Part shown: piece after piece, positions 45,662-57,098 of the stretch
How positions within the stretch are numbered: position 1 is the first letter of the stretch
How the letters are laid out: each line of letters begins with the position of its first letter
Assembly (NCBI GenBank): GCA_964019335.1
Contig: OZ025722.1
Span: 124,001-188,000, forward strand
Direction: 5' to 3'
Source of the DNA: Diplonema japonicum
Lineage: Eukaryota; Protista; Euglenozoa: Diplonemea
DNA length: 64,000 nucleotides
Translations under genes and position numbers: made by a program
The notes under the pieces: model-generated
What the model was told of the DNA's origin: nothing
Database searches by the model: none
What the model saw: the letters and a program-made list of their open reading frames with translations, nothing else

Positions 45662-48600
45662 ATGGACGTAGTGGACGTGACAGCCCCCCGGCACATAGTA
45701 CACAAGAACATCTGGCTGCACGAAGCATGGCTGTTGAAAGATGTGAGGGCGGTGATAGAGGAACACCTGGTTCTCGACAGCTTCTGGTTCCAGCACCGAA
45801 ACGGATGGGGCGACGTCACGGCAAAGGAAGAAGGCACCCTGCAACTCGAATCAATCACAACCCCGAGAAAAAGATGGCTCGCAAGCAGCGGCACGTACCA
45901 CCTCCACCCCCGCCAGGCAGTCATCATACGGACAGGCCTCATAGACACTGTTTTTGGCGGCACAATGCGGGAAAACTTGTTCACACATGCATTGTGCAAC
46001 ACCGTTCCGAACAGAGATGAAATCTTCGAACACGGGGACAAGCAAGACTACATACGCCTCACCGCTTTCTCTCTCGGGGTTCGGGCACGCTCTGTAACGT
46101 TCCTGTCGGCTTTCGCAGCACCGTCAGAGGCACAGATCCGGGAGGTTTTCAACAGAGATCTTATTCGGGTGGTTCGAAGTTATTATAGAAACGGAGTTCT
46201 TGGGGGGTTTTCGGTGGACTCCTTGCAGAGGTCTCCACGGTGCCTCGACTACCTCTCGCGGAAGAATTTAGTGGACTGGTCCCACCCGTCCGCGGAGGAC
46301 CCTGTCGCGTACCTTCTCTCGTTGTCGGCGTTCGCGGCGCAGGTTTGTTTGAACCACTGCAGGACCAGCCATTTGAACACAAGGAACATCGAGAAGCCCG
46401 TGTTGTCGGTTTCGGAAGACCGCGACCCGGTCCATTTACGGGTTTTACTGTCCGACTCTCGGGTCGCAATGGCGGCATCGAGAAGCACACGTCCTATTCT
46501 GGCAACCGCCAGCGTACGCCTTCCAAACGGTTCAGGAAGGCTGATCAAAAAGATGCTCCGGCTTCATTTCTTCACCGGGCCGTCGAGAATCGCGTCGAAT
46601 CTGTACCAAGGCGCTGGGACGCTCCCAGGCCTGTCTGACACACGGCGAAAACTGCTGTTGAAACACGGGTGTTTGGACGCTGGAACAGTCTTAAGCCAAC
46701 CAGGGGAGAAAGGCGTGCGGGAACCCGTGGGTGTCTACCACATGGACAATTTGTTCACATCCAAACTAGTCAGCCCGGTACTGTACAACGGCATAGTCGC
46801 TTTGGACAGCCCTGAACTATGCGGAGATATCCCATGGGAGGTTGTATTTCAATGGCTTCCCCGCCCGGACTGGAAACGTTGTGCGGCAACGTCGAAGGGA
46901 ATGCTGAAACGTGCGTCGTGGATCGGCCACACTGCCTCGCCCTTCCTTAAGGTCGTGGAACGCCCTGGTCTCGAGACGCTTCCGTTGCTCACGGGGAACG
47001 ATGAGAAAACCCTTTTGAAGATTGTTGAAACGGGTCCGTTGCAGATTCTGTGGAGGGGGAAGAGCTGGTCTCCTGCAACAGCGCTTGTATCAAGGTCGAT
47101 CGACACCACCGTTGTTGACAGAACTGCGGAAATTTTAACAGAGCGAAGAGGTGGTGTTCTGGGGCATTTCGTTCCGGAACGAAACGAGTTCAAGGAGTCC
47201 TTGTTGAAGCACAGTATCGTGCGGGACCACGTGCCGTTGTTTCAAATCTGTTTCGCTGCCATCGGTGACACAAGCACGCGTTATGCCGACCTGCCGGAGA
47301 AGTATGCCACGCTCCACGAGAACATGGTACTAGAGCTGACCCGGAGACGATCCGAGAAAATATTCCACCACCTCTTCTCCATCAAACAAATCCCTGTAAC
47401 GACCGACGGGCTCCTCGTAGAGTACGTAGCGTGGTTCGGCTTGGTTCAAGTCGAGAAACTGTTCGAACGGGAAATCGAATTATCCGAGGAGATAATAACA
47501 GCGGAGATACGCCGTGGCGGGACGGGCTTGATCGGACACACCCGAGACGGGTTGGAAGCGTTCGCGGAAACTGTTTTTTTACAATCGTGTTTTTACGGAA
47601 CGCTGTTCGTTGCAAACCGAGTCGAAGCAATGGTGAGCGAGGAGTGTAAGACGGAGGGCTACAAAACAGCGATATCGATGGGACACGATATCACCAACTC
47701 ACAACTCACCTACGTGTTGAAATCCGAAACACAAAAAGTCGAGCGAAGATTCTTGACAAAAACACTGCCCTCTGGGTGTCGGCTGCCGGGGAAAAAAGAC
47801 ACAAATCCATTCTCTTCTGGATACCACGATACTGACGACGATGACGAAGACCCGCTTTCTGTAAAACGCCCCCGATCCATCTTGATGCTCGAACTGCGAA
47901 CGAAAGACATGACCCCCATGGACGATGACTATGAACACGAGGATTCGCTGTGGAACCTGTTGCCTCTCAAGATTCGGAAAAAAAAAAATTTACCCGACAC
48001 GTTTCTGTCGAAATCCGTGTCGCTGTTCTCGGAGCACCTCCACGGAACAGATCTCCTTGAGATTGTCACCACCATGTCCGGTCGGGCTGCCGTGCCTGGG
48101 TGGCACTCGGTATACGTGATTAAACTGTTGATGCATTCCAAGATATCTGGTTCGATAGGGAAGCAAAAACCCGTTCAGCTAATAGGACGGAGAATGATAA
48201 CTGAGGAATTCAGTATGCTGCTCTGTTTAAGGTGCTACGTCTGGGGGGGTTGTGCGTACTACCCAGCGCCCTTCGCTCAAGTTGTACTTTCGGTTGTGAC
48301 GTCAAAGAAATTATTCGCTTCGCACGATCCAGGCGGCGATCTCGTTGCGCTCCTTGAAGGTTCCGATCCTTTTTGCGGCGTTTACATTTTCTTCTGTCAC
48401 GACCCAGAGCGTTGCAGTGCGGACATCACTTGGATACTTATGTATTCGCACGACTCGAAGAAGTTTTCGGAACCGCTTTTGGTCTCTCTGCCGAAGTTTG
48501 CTCGCGAGGCGCCACTCCCTCGCCCGGATCTTTGGTGTGATTTACCCTCGAAATCCATCCTCAGCTCCTGGATACGCTGGGGGTCCGAGATGGATACGCC

Positions 48601-48817
48601 AGGAGACCACCCTCGTTTTACGCTTTTTAGAACGGCCCGGGTTAGAAAAGAAGAGCAAAAAGAAGAGGAGGACGAGGATTTTTCACACGGAACTGAAGAG
48701 GGGTCGGACGAGGCAGAGGCGGAGCCATCCGACGAGGAATGCCCGCCTTTCGTGCTGCTCAAACTGCCGCCGTTTACAGCAGTCCCGAACTCGAGATTAT
48801 TCATGGAGTTAGATTGA
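45662..48817 (+). CDS. Large hypothetical protein with internal F-box-like motif
   Basis: 1051-codon ORF; DIPWEVVFQWLPRPDWKRCAATSKGM resembles an F-box. Confidence 0.65.
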   Translation: MDVVDVTAPRHIVHKNIWLHEAWLLKDVRAVIEEHLVLDSFWFQHRNGWGDVTAKEEGTLQLESITTPRKRWLASSGTYHLHPRQAVIIRTGLIDTVFGGTMRENLFTHALCNTVPNRDEIFEHGDKQDYIRLTAFSLGVRARSVTFLSAFAAPSEAQIREVFNRDLIRVVRSYYRNGVLGGFSVDSLQRSPRCLDYLSRKNLVDWSHPSAEDPVAYLLSLSAFAAQVCLNHCRTSHLNTRNIEKPVLSVSEDRDPVHLRVLLSDSRVAMAASRSTRPILATASVRLPNGSGRLIKKMLRLHFFTGPSRIASNLYQGAGTLPGLSDTRRKLLLKHGCLDAGTVLSQPGEKGVREPVGVYHMDNLFTSKLVSPVLYNGIVALDSPELCGDIPWEVVFQWLPRPDWKRCAATSKGMLKRASWIGHTASPFLKVVERPGLETLPLLTGNDEKTLLKIVETGPLQILWRGKSWSPATALVSRSIDTTVVDRTAEILTERRGGVLGHFVPERNEFKESLLKHSIVRDHVPLFQICFAAIGDTSTRYADLPEKYATLHENMVLELTRRRSEKIFHHLFSIKQIPVTTDGLLVEYVAWFGLVQVEKLFEREIELSEEIITAEIRRGGTGLIGHTRDGLEAFAETVFLQSCFYGTLFVANRVEAMVSEECKTEGYKTAISMGHDITNSQLTYVLKSETQKVERRFLTKTLPSGCRLPGKKDTNPFSSGYHDTDDDDEDPLSVKRPRSILMLELRTKDMTPMDDDYEHEDSLWNLLPLKIRKKKNLPDTFLSKSVSLFSEHLHGTDLLEIVTTMSGRAAVPGWHSVYVIKLLMHSKISGSIGKQKPVQLIGRRMITEEFSMLLCLRCYVWGGCAYYPAPFAQVVLSVVTSKKLFASHDPGGDLVALLEGSDPFCGVYIFFCHDPERCSADITWILMYSHDSKKFSEPLLVSLPKFAREAPLPRPDLWCDLPSKSILSSWIRWGSEMDTPGDHPRFTLFRTARVRKEEQKEEEDEDFSHGTEEGSDEAEAEPSDEECPPFVLLKLPPFTAVPNSRLFMELD

Positions 48818-48933
48818 AACCTTTTTTTTTTTTTTTTTTAAAGTTTTTTTTTTTTCCTCCCCTATTTTCTTTACACAGGGATTTTTTTTTTTTTTTTTAA
48901 AAAGAGGGGTTTTGTCAAAACCCGCTCCTAACC

Positions 48934-48964
<31 letters not shown>

Positions 48965-48968
48965 CAAC

Positions 48969-50081
48969 ATGGCAATGACGACAACATCAGCAAGTCGAAG
49001 CGTGACGCCACCGCCGTCCTCGGAGCGATCTATACGTACAGTGTTCGTGACGGGGGTGCCCGAGGCTGTTGGGGAGTCGAATTTAAAGGAGATGTTTCAG
49101 TACTGCGGGAGGATAGCAAGGATGAAAAGACAATGGGACAATACAAAGGGCGTCTTCGGGTGGGAGGTAGAGTACGAAAAGGGAAGAGCCGCGAGCCTGG
49201 CCATGGGCCTCGACAACGTCGAACTAGGAGGCGCGAATCTAACTATCGAAGGCACAGCAGAGAGAATAAAAGCCCCCATCAACCTAAACGCGAGTTTCAT
49301 GGAACAAGCAATGACAGCAATGGTGTTCAACAAAGCCCAAGCAGGTATGGGTGCCGCCAATGCTGCAGAACTTCTTGAAATGTCTGCAAACATCGCTGCC
49401 TGCAGAGAATCCATCCTCTCATCCCAACGGGTTCAGAGCACCGACCCCATAAGGGTATCACGGACAATTTACGTCGGGAACGTTCCAAAAACAACATCAG
49501 AAACGGATTTAATCAACCTTTTCTCCACGTTTGGACCAATTACAAATACTTACATGCCGTCGGCGCTGTCTTTGGTGCCTGGTATCGTGAAGGATGAACC
49601 TACCGTTACACATGCGCTAGTGGAGTTTATGGATAGTAAATCTGTGGCGAAATCTCTTAAGTTGGACGGTGTGAAACAGCTGCCGCAATCTGACCCCAAG
49701 GCAAAACCTTGCTATCTTTCGGTAACAGCATCTACCGTTTGTATTCCAAGCGAGCATGGTGAATCTGAATCGAAAAGTGTCAAATCGCTTCAATCCGTTC
49801 TCAACCACGTCAACACGAAGGGCGAACGCAGTGGGAAGTTCAGGAGAAATCGTTCCCCTGACAGTTATGACAGAGACAGGAGGGACAAAAGGGATGGGAG
49901 GAGGCGATCCGAGTACGACAGAAAGCGAAGGAGGAGGCGGAGAACTACCTCTACGGACTCGTACTCTGCATCAAGGAAGCGACGAAGAAGAACCGAGACC
50001 GACCGAGGCCGCAGTAAAAAGAAGAAAACCCCCCGGATGGACAGAGAGCGCTCAACAACATCTGAGAGCTTTCACAAATAA
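48969..50081 (+). CDS. Two-RRM, RS-tail splicing-factor-like protein
   Basis: RTVFVTGVP; RTIYVGNVP...HALVEF; Arg/Ser/Asp-rich C-terminus. Confidence 0.85.
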   Translation: MAMTTTSASRSVTPPPSSERSIRTVFVTGVPEAVGESNLKEMFQYCGRIARMKRQWDNTKGVFGWEVEYEKGRAASLAMGLDNVELGGANLTIEGTAERIKAPINLNASFMEQAMTAMVFNKAQAGMGAANAAELLEMSANIAACRESILSSQRVQSTDPIRVSRTIYVGNVPKTTSETDLINLFSTFGPITNTYMPSALSLVPGIVKDEPTVTHALVEFMDSKSVAKSLKLDGVKQLPQSDPKAKPCYLSVTASTVCIPSEHGESESKSVKSLQSVLNHVNTKGERSGKFRRNRSPDSYDRDRRDKRDGRRRSEYDRKRRRRRRTTSTDSYSASRKRRRRTETDRGRSKKKKTPRMDRERSTTSESFHK

Positions 50082-50217
50082 AAAAAGTTTTAAAAAAAAC
50101 CGTACCCCCCCCCCCCCCCACTCATTTTTTGTTTTGCCGGCGTTTCAATAGAGGGGGGAAGGGAATTTTTTAAAAAAAAAAGGAAGGGGAGGGAGGGGTA
50201 CGAAGAAGAAAAAAAAA

Positions 50218-50874
50218 ATGGGTTGCTGTGCAGCAAAAGACTACGATGACAGGGAAAAACATGAGACGGGCGGTGCTGCCCCGAGGAAAGGCGGCAGCAA
50301 CGAACAGGTTTCTCGGTCGCCGCCACCTTTAGTTCAGGTCCCGGTTCAAGCACCCACCCCGAGGGAAGAAACAAAGGGCCCAGCACAGGACATTTCACCC
50401 ATGGTGCCTAGCCACATGAGGAGCATGAGGCAAGTGGGCGAGGAACTACCGATGGGGGAAAAAGTAGAGGGTGTTTGGTCAGATGGTGTATTCTACCCTG
50501 GGTGGATTGTTGGTGTAGACAGGGGTCACGACAGGTACCTCGTCAAGTTTGAGGATGGGGAAGAAAGTGTATTGGGGATCACATCGCTCAGAAGAAGGTT
50601 TTGCCCTGGAGACAGAGTAGATGCTCGGTGGAAAGGGCAGGAATTCTACCGCGGGGTCATAGATGCTGCCCTACCCGATGGTTTCTATTCTATATGTTTC
50701 GATGATGGCGGCTTTGAGCCCCAACAGCCTCACCAATATATCAAAATCGCTGTTATCCCCTCAGCCTTGTCGAAAGGGGCACTCCCCCCTCCAGGCTCTG
50801 TTCCTCATCCATTTCCTAAGCAAGCCCAGAACCCCTCAGGGTCTGGATTCAGTCATGCTGATAGAAGGAATTGA
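50218..50874 (+). CDS. Tandem Tudor/Agenet-like domain protein with MGCC acylation motif
   Basis: GEKVEGVWSDGVFYPGWI...YLVKFEDG and GDRVDARWKGQEFYRGVI...YSICFDDG. Confidence 0.8.
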   Translation: MGCCAAKDYDDREKHETGGAAPRKGGSNEQVSRSPPPLVQVPVQAPTPREETKGPAQDISPMVPSHMRSMRQVGEELPMGEKVEGVWSDGVFYPGWIVGVDRGHDRYLVKFEDGEESVLGITSLRRRFCPGDRVDARWKGQEFYRGVIDAALPDGFYSICFDDGGFEPQQPHQYIKIAVIPSALSKGALPPPGSVPHPFPKQAQNPSGSGFSHADRRN

Positions 50875-50992
50875 AAGGGTTGTTGATTTAGATTTTTTTT
50901 TTTTTTTTTATCGCAGTTGTTGGAAAAAAGTTTTTTTTTTTGGTGGTTTTTTTTTTTTTTTCCTCCCCTCTCCTCCCCCATTTTATATATAT

Positions 50993-52573
50993 GGGTCGAT
51001 TTCAAAAACCCCCCCCCCCCCAAAATGAGGCCAATTGACACTTTCGTTGCATCTTTGGGCATGCCGCCCCCTTTAAAAAAAATTCTCCATATTTCCCGGC
51101 CCATATTAGGAAAGAACCCGGGTCAGAAATCGCTCAAGGGTGCTATTTTGACCTATGAAAAATTCAGTCTTAGGGTAAAAATCGGGTTTTAGTGGTTTTG
51201 GTAAAGTCAGAGAGTATGCTTTCAATAGCAAGAAATAGCGGAACTCACTGCTAGAAGGTGGCTGAAATGATGTTGGAAGTGGAAACCTTCATTTCCTAGT
51301 CTTCTGCGGCTGAGATGTGCTGCTGCTGTGTGGGCGACCTCGTTTCTTTTTCATACTATTAGGCCTTCTACCGCATTTTGGGGGGTTTTAAGAGGCTCAT
51401 TCGTAGGTGTACTTGGTGCTTTGGGCTTGTCATGGGGTGTCGAGTATTTTTGTAATTTGGTTACTATTCTTTCTCGTTTTTCAAGTCCGGGAAGGCTATC
51501 AGGAACGTCCTCATACTCATCACAAGATTCTTAGACTGGGGGCCTTTTCTCTGCCCTGTCTGCATCGAGTTCTTTGATGATGTACTTTAGTTCTTTCTAG
51601 CTCGTGGACGCGCACGTAGCAAATACACCCTCCGGTGTGCTCCTGAGCTCATATGCACCTGTAAAATCCGGAAACTCAAGAATTTTCTTTTTGTACGGGC
51701 CAAAGACATCAGTAACTACATGCACGGCGCACCGTATTGTATTGGTGATGTGAGCTATTTGTTCCACAGTTTTAATTGTTGTGGAACGAGGCACCCAAAA
51801 CCAAACACGAGAGAGCACACCAAAGTGGCTGTCCCTGTTGTTTTTGCCGTGTTTCTCCCCCAGAAACCACAGGGAAAACGTCCGATCGGGATATACATAA
51901 CGAAGACCAAAAAGAACAAAGTAGCAAAATTCCTTTGCACGAAAGTGACGCCCACCGTCAGTCCAGAGTATCCACTCCATTTTTTTCTTTATTTTTTTCT
52001 GTGCCCATGCTACTGTGGAACAAGACTTTTCCAACAGGCCAGCTGCCCTTATTTCATCATGTGTGATGTGGTCAAGCCTCATGCCTCTGACCAATTGGCG
52101 CCGTGTGGTGTCTTGTTGGCTACTAAATCAACCAGAAAATGATAGCAGAAGTGCCGCTAGAAGTTCCCCTTTACACACTACGCCACAAACTAGTGCAGCA
52201 CAGTCGTTGCCACTGAGCTTCTCAAAAACCTCTGTGGCGAGTGTCCTGATCGCCGTGGTGTTCCCATTTACCCTTTCTCGGTCCGAATACCATTTTTTTT
52301 TACCCCTAGCTTCTCAACAGCAAGTTTAAAAGCATCCATTTTTGTCACCCCCTCTTTTACTGAATTTGTGCAAAGTGAAAAAACCCATTTTTGCCCCTAG
52401 GACTGAATTTTCTGGGTACTAGTAACACTCACTTTCCCATTTTCTGGGGTGTTTTCTTTCCTAACCTGGGCCGGGAAAGTTGTAGAATTTTTTTTCTTTG
52501 GGAAAAAGTACTTAGAGAAATATTGAAAGTGTCAATTGGCCTCATTTTTGGGGGGGGTTTTTGAAACGATGCC
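50993..52573 (-). mobile_element. Defective long-TIR DNA transposon with DDD-type (Sola-like) transposase remnant
   Basis: Imperfect TIRs of about 240 bp (...tttcaaaaacccc...aaaatgaggccaattgacactttc... and its inverse), with ATATATAT on both flanks. Minus ORF 51597-52094 has WTDGGRHFR...FLGEKHGKNNRDSHFG, with in-frame stops downstream. Confidence 0.8.
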
Positions 52574-53571
52574 ATATATATTTTTTTTGTCAATAAAAAA
52601 TGGATCCCCCTTCCCCCCAAGCTTTCCTAGACACGGTGGTGGTGAAAAAAAAAAGAGAAAAAGTAGAGTGGGGAGTGAGAAATTTAATTTAAAAAAAAAG
52701 GAAATGATTCCTTTTTTTTTTTTATATAGATTTTATTTTATCCCACCCCGCCCCCCTTCCCGCCTCTTGTTACTGTTGTCAAGAAAGAAATAGGAATAAT
52801 TTTAAAAAAAAAAAAGGAGGGGGTGGAGTGGGCTTTTTTTTTTTTTTTTTTTTTTTTGTTATTATGCTTCAGTGAATATTGAAATAATTGGCGAACACAA
52901 ACACATTCCCCAAAAAAAGAAAACCGCGGAAAAAAGAAATTATTAAAATCCTCTTTTTTCGGGCCGTTGTGTATTCTGAAAATAGAACATACTTACGGCT
53001 AGGTCGGTATTTGTGTCTTTGTTCCTCTTAAATTATTTGAAATACGATTTAAACAAAATATTATTATTGAAAAAATGAATTGCTATTTGCTAAAAAGAGA
53101 GTGGTAGCATTGCCGATCTTATCCTTCTACAGGTTAACCTCCGGCTGTGCACAAACAATCAACCGGCTCTTTATATCTTTTTTTTTTTTTTGTTTTGTTT
53201 TTGTTTACATCTCGGTTTCATTTTTTTTTTTTTTTTTTTTTTTCCCCCAGCTCCTTCCCTTTTTTTTGCTGGATTCTACTTGCTGTCACTTGTCGTCGCC
53301 ACTCCCCCCTTCTTTTTTTTTTAATTTATTTAATGAAAGAAGAAAGCAAGGGAAAAAAAAATAAAAAAAATAAAAATAAAAAGTATGAATGCTTCTTTTT
53401 TTTTGTACCACTAATCACCCTCCCTCCGCTTTATTTAGATACTCCCTTCCCCATCCACCCCCCCCTTTTTTTCTCTTCATTTGTGTTACAAACCTTTTTT
53501 TATTTACTATTTTTTTTTCTTTAATGTCCCACCCACCCCCCCCTCCTACAGATATTACACGACAAACTTCA

Positions 53572-54741
53572 ATGATGAGTTATGTTATTCTGCTCCTAGC
53601 TGCAGTGTGTAGTGTGAGCAGTCTGTCCCTGTCGGTTCCTACTGACAAAATAATTCAAGGCGAGTACATTGTCCTTCTGCACTCAAACATCACCGTAGCA
53701 GCCCACGAGGCCCTCAACCAGAGGGTGAAGGGAAGGAAATTTTCCATCGGAAAGAGCTTCCGTGCGGTACACGCCACACTATCGGAAGCTTCCTTACAAT
53801 GGGTTCTGGCGCAGGATCACCTTGTAAAAACGGTAGAGCACAACCAAGAACTCCGCATCGCAATGGAAACCTGCAACTCACAACAAAGAGAACCCGTGTC
53901 GTGGGGTCAGGTAAGAACAACAGTAGCGGGACCTTCAAACGTGGGGCAAGTCTTCGCACACAACCCTCAATGGGGCAAGGATGTTGACATATACATAGTC
54001 GACACTGGTATCAGGTGCACACACCAAGATTTCAACGGAAGATGTCTATGGGGAACGAACACCGCTGGAGGTACCGATACTGACGTGAACGGGCACGGGA
54101 CACATTGTGCGTCAACCTCTGGCGGGCTTCTGTACGGGATAGCAAAGGCGTCCACCCTAATCGCCGTAAAGGTGCTAGGTGACAACGGCTCTGGCACGAC
54201 TGCAGGTGTGATAGCTGGTGTTCAGTACGTGGCAGAAAACGCAAAACGTCGGGCAAAAAAATCTGTCGCAAACATGTCACTAGGAGGCGGGTTCAGCACT
54301 TCTCTTAACAATGCCGTCGACGCAGCTGTTGAGACAGGTGTTGCATTTGCTGTTGCGGCTGGGAATGACAACAGGGACGCAAAGAACTACAGCCCGGCCA
54401 GTGCAGAACACTGTGTTACAGTGGGGTCTACAGAGTCCGCTTCTACAGGCGGGAAGAAGGTCGATGCTCGTTCTGCTTTTTCGAATTTTGGGTCGAGCCT
54501 TGATGTCTTTGCCCCTGGTACTTCCATTGTAGCTGCTTACTCTACTTCTGATACGGCCTACGCCACGCTCTCCGGGACATCGATGGCCTCTCCTCATGTT
54601 GCTGGTGTTATGGCCGTTCACATTGGCACTCCTGCTGAAATCAAGAAGAAGCTTGTCGCCGATGCCGAAACTGGTATCCTGCAGATCGGTACTGGGTCGC
54701 CTGATAAGATGCTTCACTTGCCTTGTATTAGTTCCCGTTAA
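53572..54741 (+). CDS. Secreted subtilisin (S8A, proteinase K-like) with I9 propeptide
   Basis: Signal peptide MMSYVILLLAAVCSVSS; GEYIV; catalytic triad VDTG, HGTH, GTSMA; AAGN. Confidence 0.93.
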   Translation: MMSYVILLLAAVCSVSSLSLSVPTDKIIQGEYIVLLHSNITVAAHEALNQRVKGRKFSIGKSFRAVHATLSEASLQWVLAQDHLVKTVEHNQELRIAMETCNSQQREPVSWGQVRTTVAGPSNVGQVFAHNPQWGKDVDIYIVDTGIRCTHQDFNGRCLWGTNTAGGTDTDVNGHGTHCASTSGGLLYGIAKASTLIAVKVLGDNGSGTTAGVIAGVQYVAENAKRRAKKSVANMSLGGGFSTSLNNAVDAAVETGVAFAVAAGNDNRDAKNYSPASAEHCVTVGSTESASTGGKKVDARSAFSNFGSSLDVFAPGTSIVAAYSTSDTAYATLSGTSMASPHVAGVMAVHIGTPAEIKKKLVADAETGILQIGTGSPDKMLHLPCISSR

Positions 54742-54842
54742 AAAGAAAAAAAAAGAAAAAAAAAAGAATAAAAAAGTTAAATAACGTTTCCCCCCCCCCT
54801 TTTTTTGTGGTTGTGTGAACCGTATCGATTCTTGTTTATTTA

Positions 54843-54873
<31 letters not shown>

Positions 54874-55713
54874 TTGCTCTCGTTTTGCTTACCAAGCCGT
54901 GACAGTGGATTATACGCCATGGAAAAGGCTTGACATGTTTTTCTTTTTTTTTTTAAATTATTCTCTCGAGCCATTCAGGCCACCTTGCCTGACAGGGGGT
55001 TCGAGTTTTTTTATATTTATTTCAGGGTGGGTCCTCAAGTGGGATTTGCCCTTAAACATCGCCTTTATTCCTTCTTGTTTTTCTTCTTTTTTTCTTGTTT
55101 CATGCTCTATTTTTTTCTCTCTTCTTGTTTTTTTTTCTTTTTATATTATTTTTATTTTTTTATCTCTGCTCACTCAGCGCATAACCAAATAACCGTCGTT
55201 TACAAGAGTACGCCCACACCGCTAGTAAAAAAAAAGGGGGGGGGAGGGGAAACAGGAAACAGATGCCAAACAACACAACAAGGTCAAACACCCCTATTTT
55301 TAAATTACCCAAAGACGCATATTGTAGACAGAAAAAATAATTTCCCTCCCCCTTTTTTTTTCTAAAACCATAGAATGCAAAGACCAACCACATTGCTGAC
55401 GTGCAAAGAAACCCCAACAGGGCACACCAAAGATAACCACACCTTGTTTTTCCAAGTCTAGAGAACCCGGGATACACATTTGCTGATAGATGAGTTTAGA
55501 AAAATCGTGGACTGCACACAAAACAACAACAACAACACCCTGGTGTACACCCGAAAACAAAGCCGATTAGTATAACCGGTCCAGTCTCTTGATTTTTTTT
55601 TTTTGTCCTCCCCTCTTTTTTTTTTTTTTTTTTTCCATATTCCTGCTTTAAAAAAAAAAAAGAATTCCCCGTATAAGCGCAGCAAAAAAAAAAAGAAAGA
55701 AAGAAGACCTACA

Positions 55714-56569
55714 ATGGACAGATATGGGGGCCCACCACCACCGCCCAAGGGTGGCAAGAAAGGAGGCGGCGACAGAGGCAGGCCCGCAGGCGGGAAGGGG
55801 AGCAAGGGCGGGAGCTACCCGCCTGGCCTGATGGGGGGCCCAAACCAAGGAGGCGGCCATTACGATGGTATTTTTTTTTTTTTTTTTTAATCTCCCCCTT
55901 CCCTTCAAACAAAACAAAACAAAAACAAAAACAATTTTTCTTTTTCCATTAAATACAGACCGTTACGGCAACCCCCCTCCCCCCCAAGGCCCGCCCCAAA
56001 GGCACTACAATGGTGGTGGCGGAGGTGACAGATATGAGCCTTACCCAGCCTATGACAGGGGGTACGATGCCCCCCCTCCTCCTCCCAGGGACTACCCATC
56101 TCACCATGGAGGGAAAGGAGGCAAAGGAAGCAAGGGCGGAAAGGGGGGAAAAGGAGAACCCCAATCTCTGCACCCGGACGACTACGGTGTTCAGCACGGG
56201 GACCCAAGGTACCAGTGGACAGACGACAAGCTATTCAACCCTTTTGACAAGATTGACCACCCAATTACCGGTGAAGTCGGTGGGCAGCCCGAGGGCGAAT
56301 CGGCCGCAAGCGTGCACGCAAGGAACCTACCCCCGCATGCAGACAGGCTTTGGCTATACTCTCTGTTTTCTCCCTTTGGCGCCGTGAACTCTGTAAGGTG
56401 CCAACGTGATTATGAAACTGGCCGCTGCGTGGGCTGGGGTCTCGTCAAGTACCATTTCAACGCCGACGCCCAGTCGGCAATCCAAATTCTAAACGGATTC
56501 AAGATCGATGGGCGGACAATCCAGGTGGAGCCCAGCAACAGAAATGAACAGAGGGATAGGGACCACTGA
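55714..56569 (+). CDS. Gly/Pro-rich (GKGG-repeat) RRM protein; intron 55868-55958
   Basis: Spliced HYDDRYGNPP; RRM SVHARNLP...FGAVNSV...GWGLVKY...LNGFKIDGRTIQV. Confidence 0.85.
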
Positions 56570-57098
56570 GGCTAGAACCTTTTTAAAAAAGAAAAAAAAA
56601 AAAAAAAACGGGGGTGGGGGGGGGACAGGTTCAAAAGTGTATTAAACAAATTTTCTTTTACGGGGGGGGGGACAAAAAGAAGAAGCAAGGTAGAAAATGA
56701 AAAAAAAAACCGGGGAAAAAAAAAAAGCTGGTTTTTTTTTTCTTCTTTTTTTTTGTAAGGTGGGCCGGTTGCCTTGACCACTTCGTTTTCCTATCATAGT
56801 GATTTCCCCCCCCCCCCCTTAAATATTTTAGTTGTTTTTTTTTTCTTTTTTTAATATTTGCCAAAAAAAAAAGGGGGTGGGAAACGCACATTTTCTCTTG
56901 AGCAAGCAATAAAAAACAACAAAGAAAGAAAGATGACTTAAAAAAAAAAAAGAAACTTTGTCATTCTTGTGGGAGGACCGGGCGAAAAAAAAATTAAAAT
57001 AACTCAATCGTGATCACAGGAAAGGGGGGAGAAAGGGGGGCCTTTGTTTTTTTTTAACTCCCCCCCCCCGCCCCACCTCTGTTCTACACAAAAAAAAA

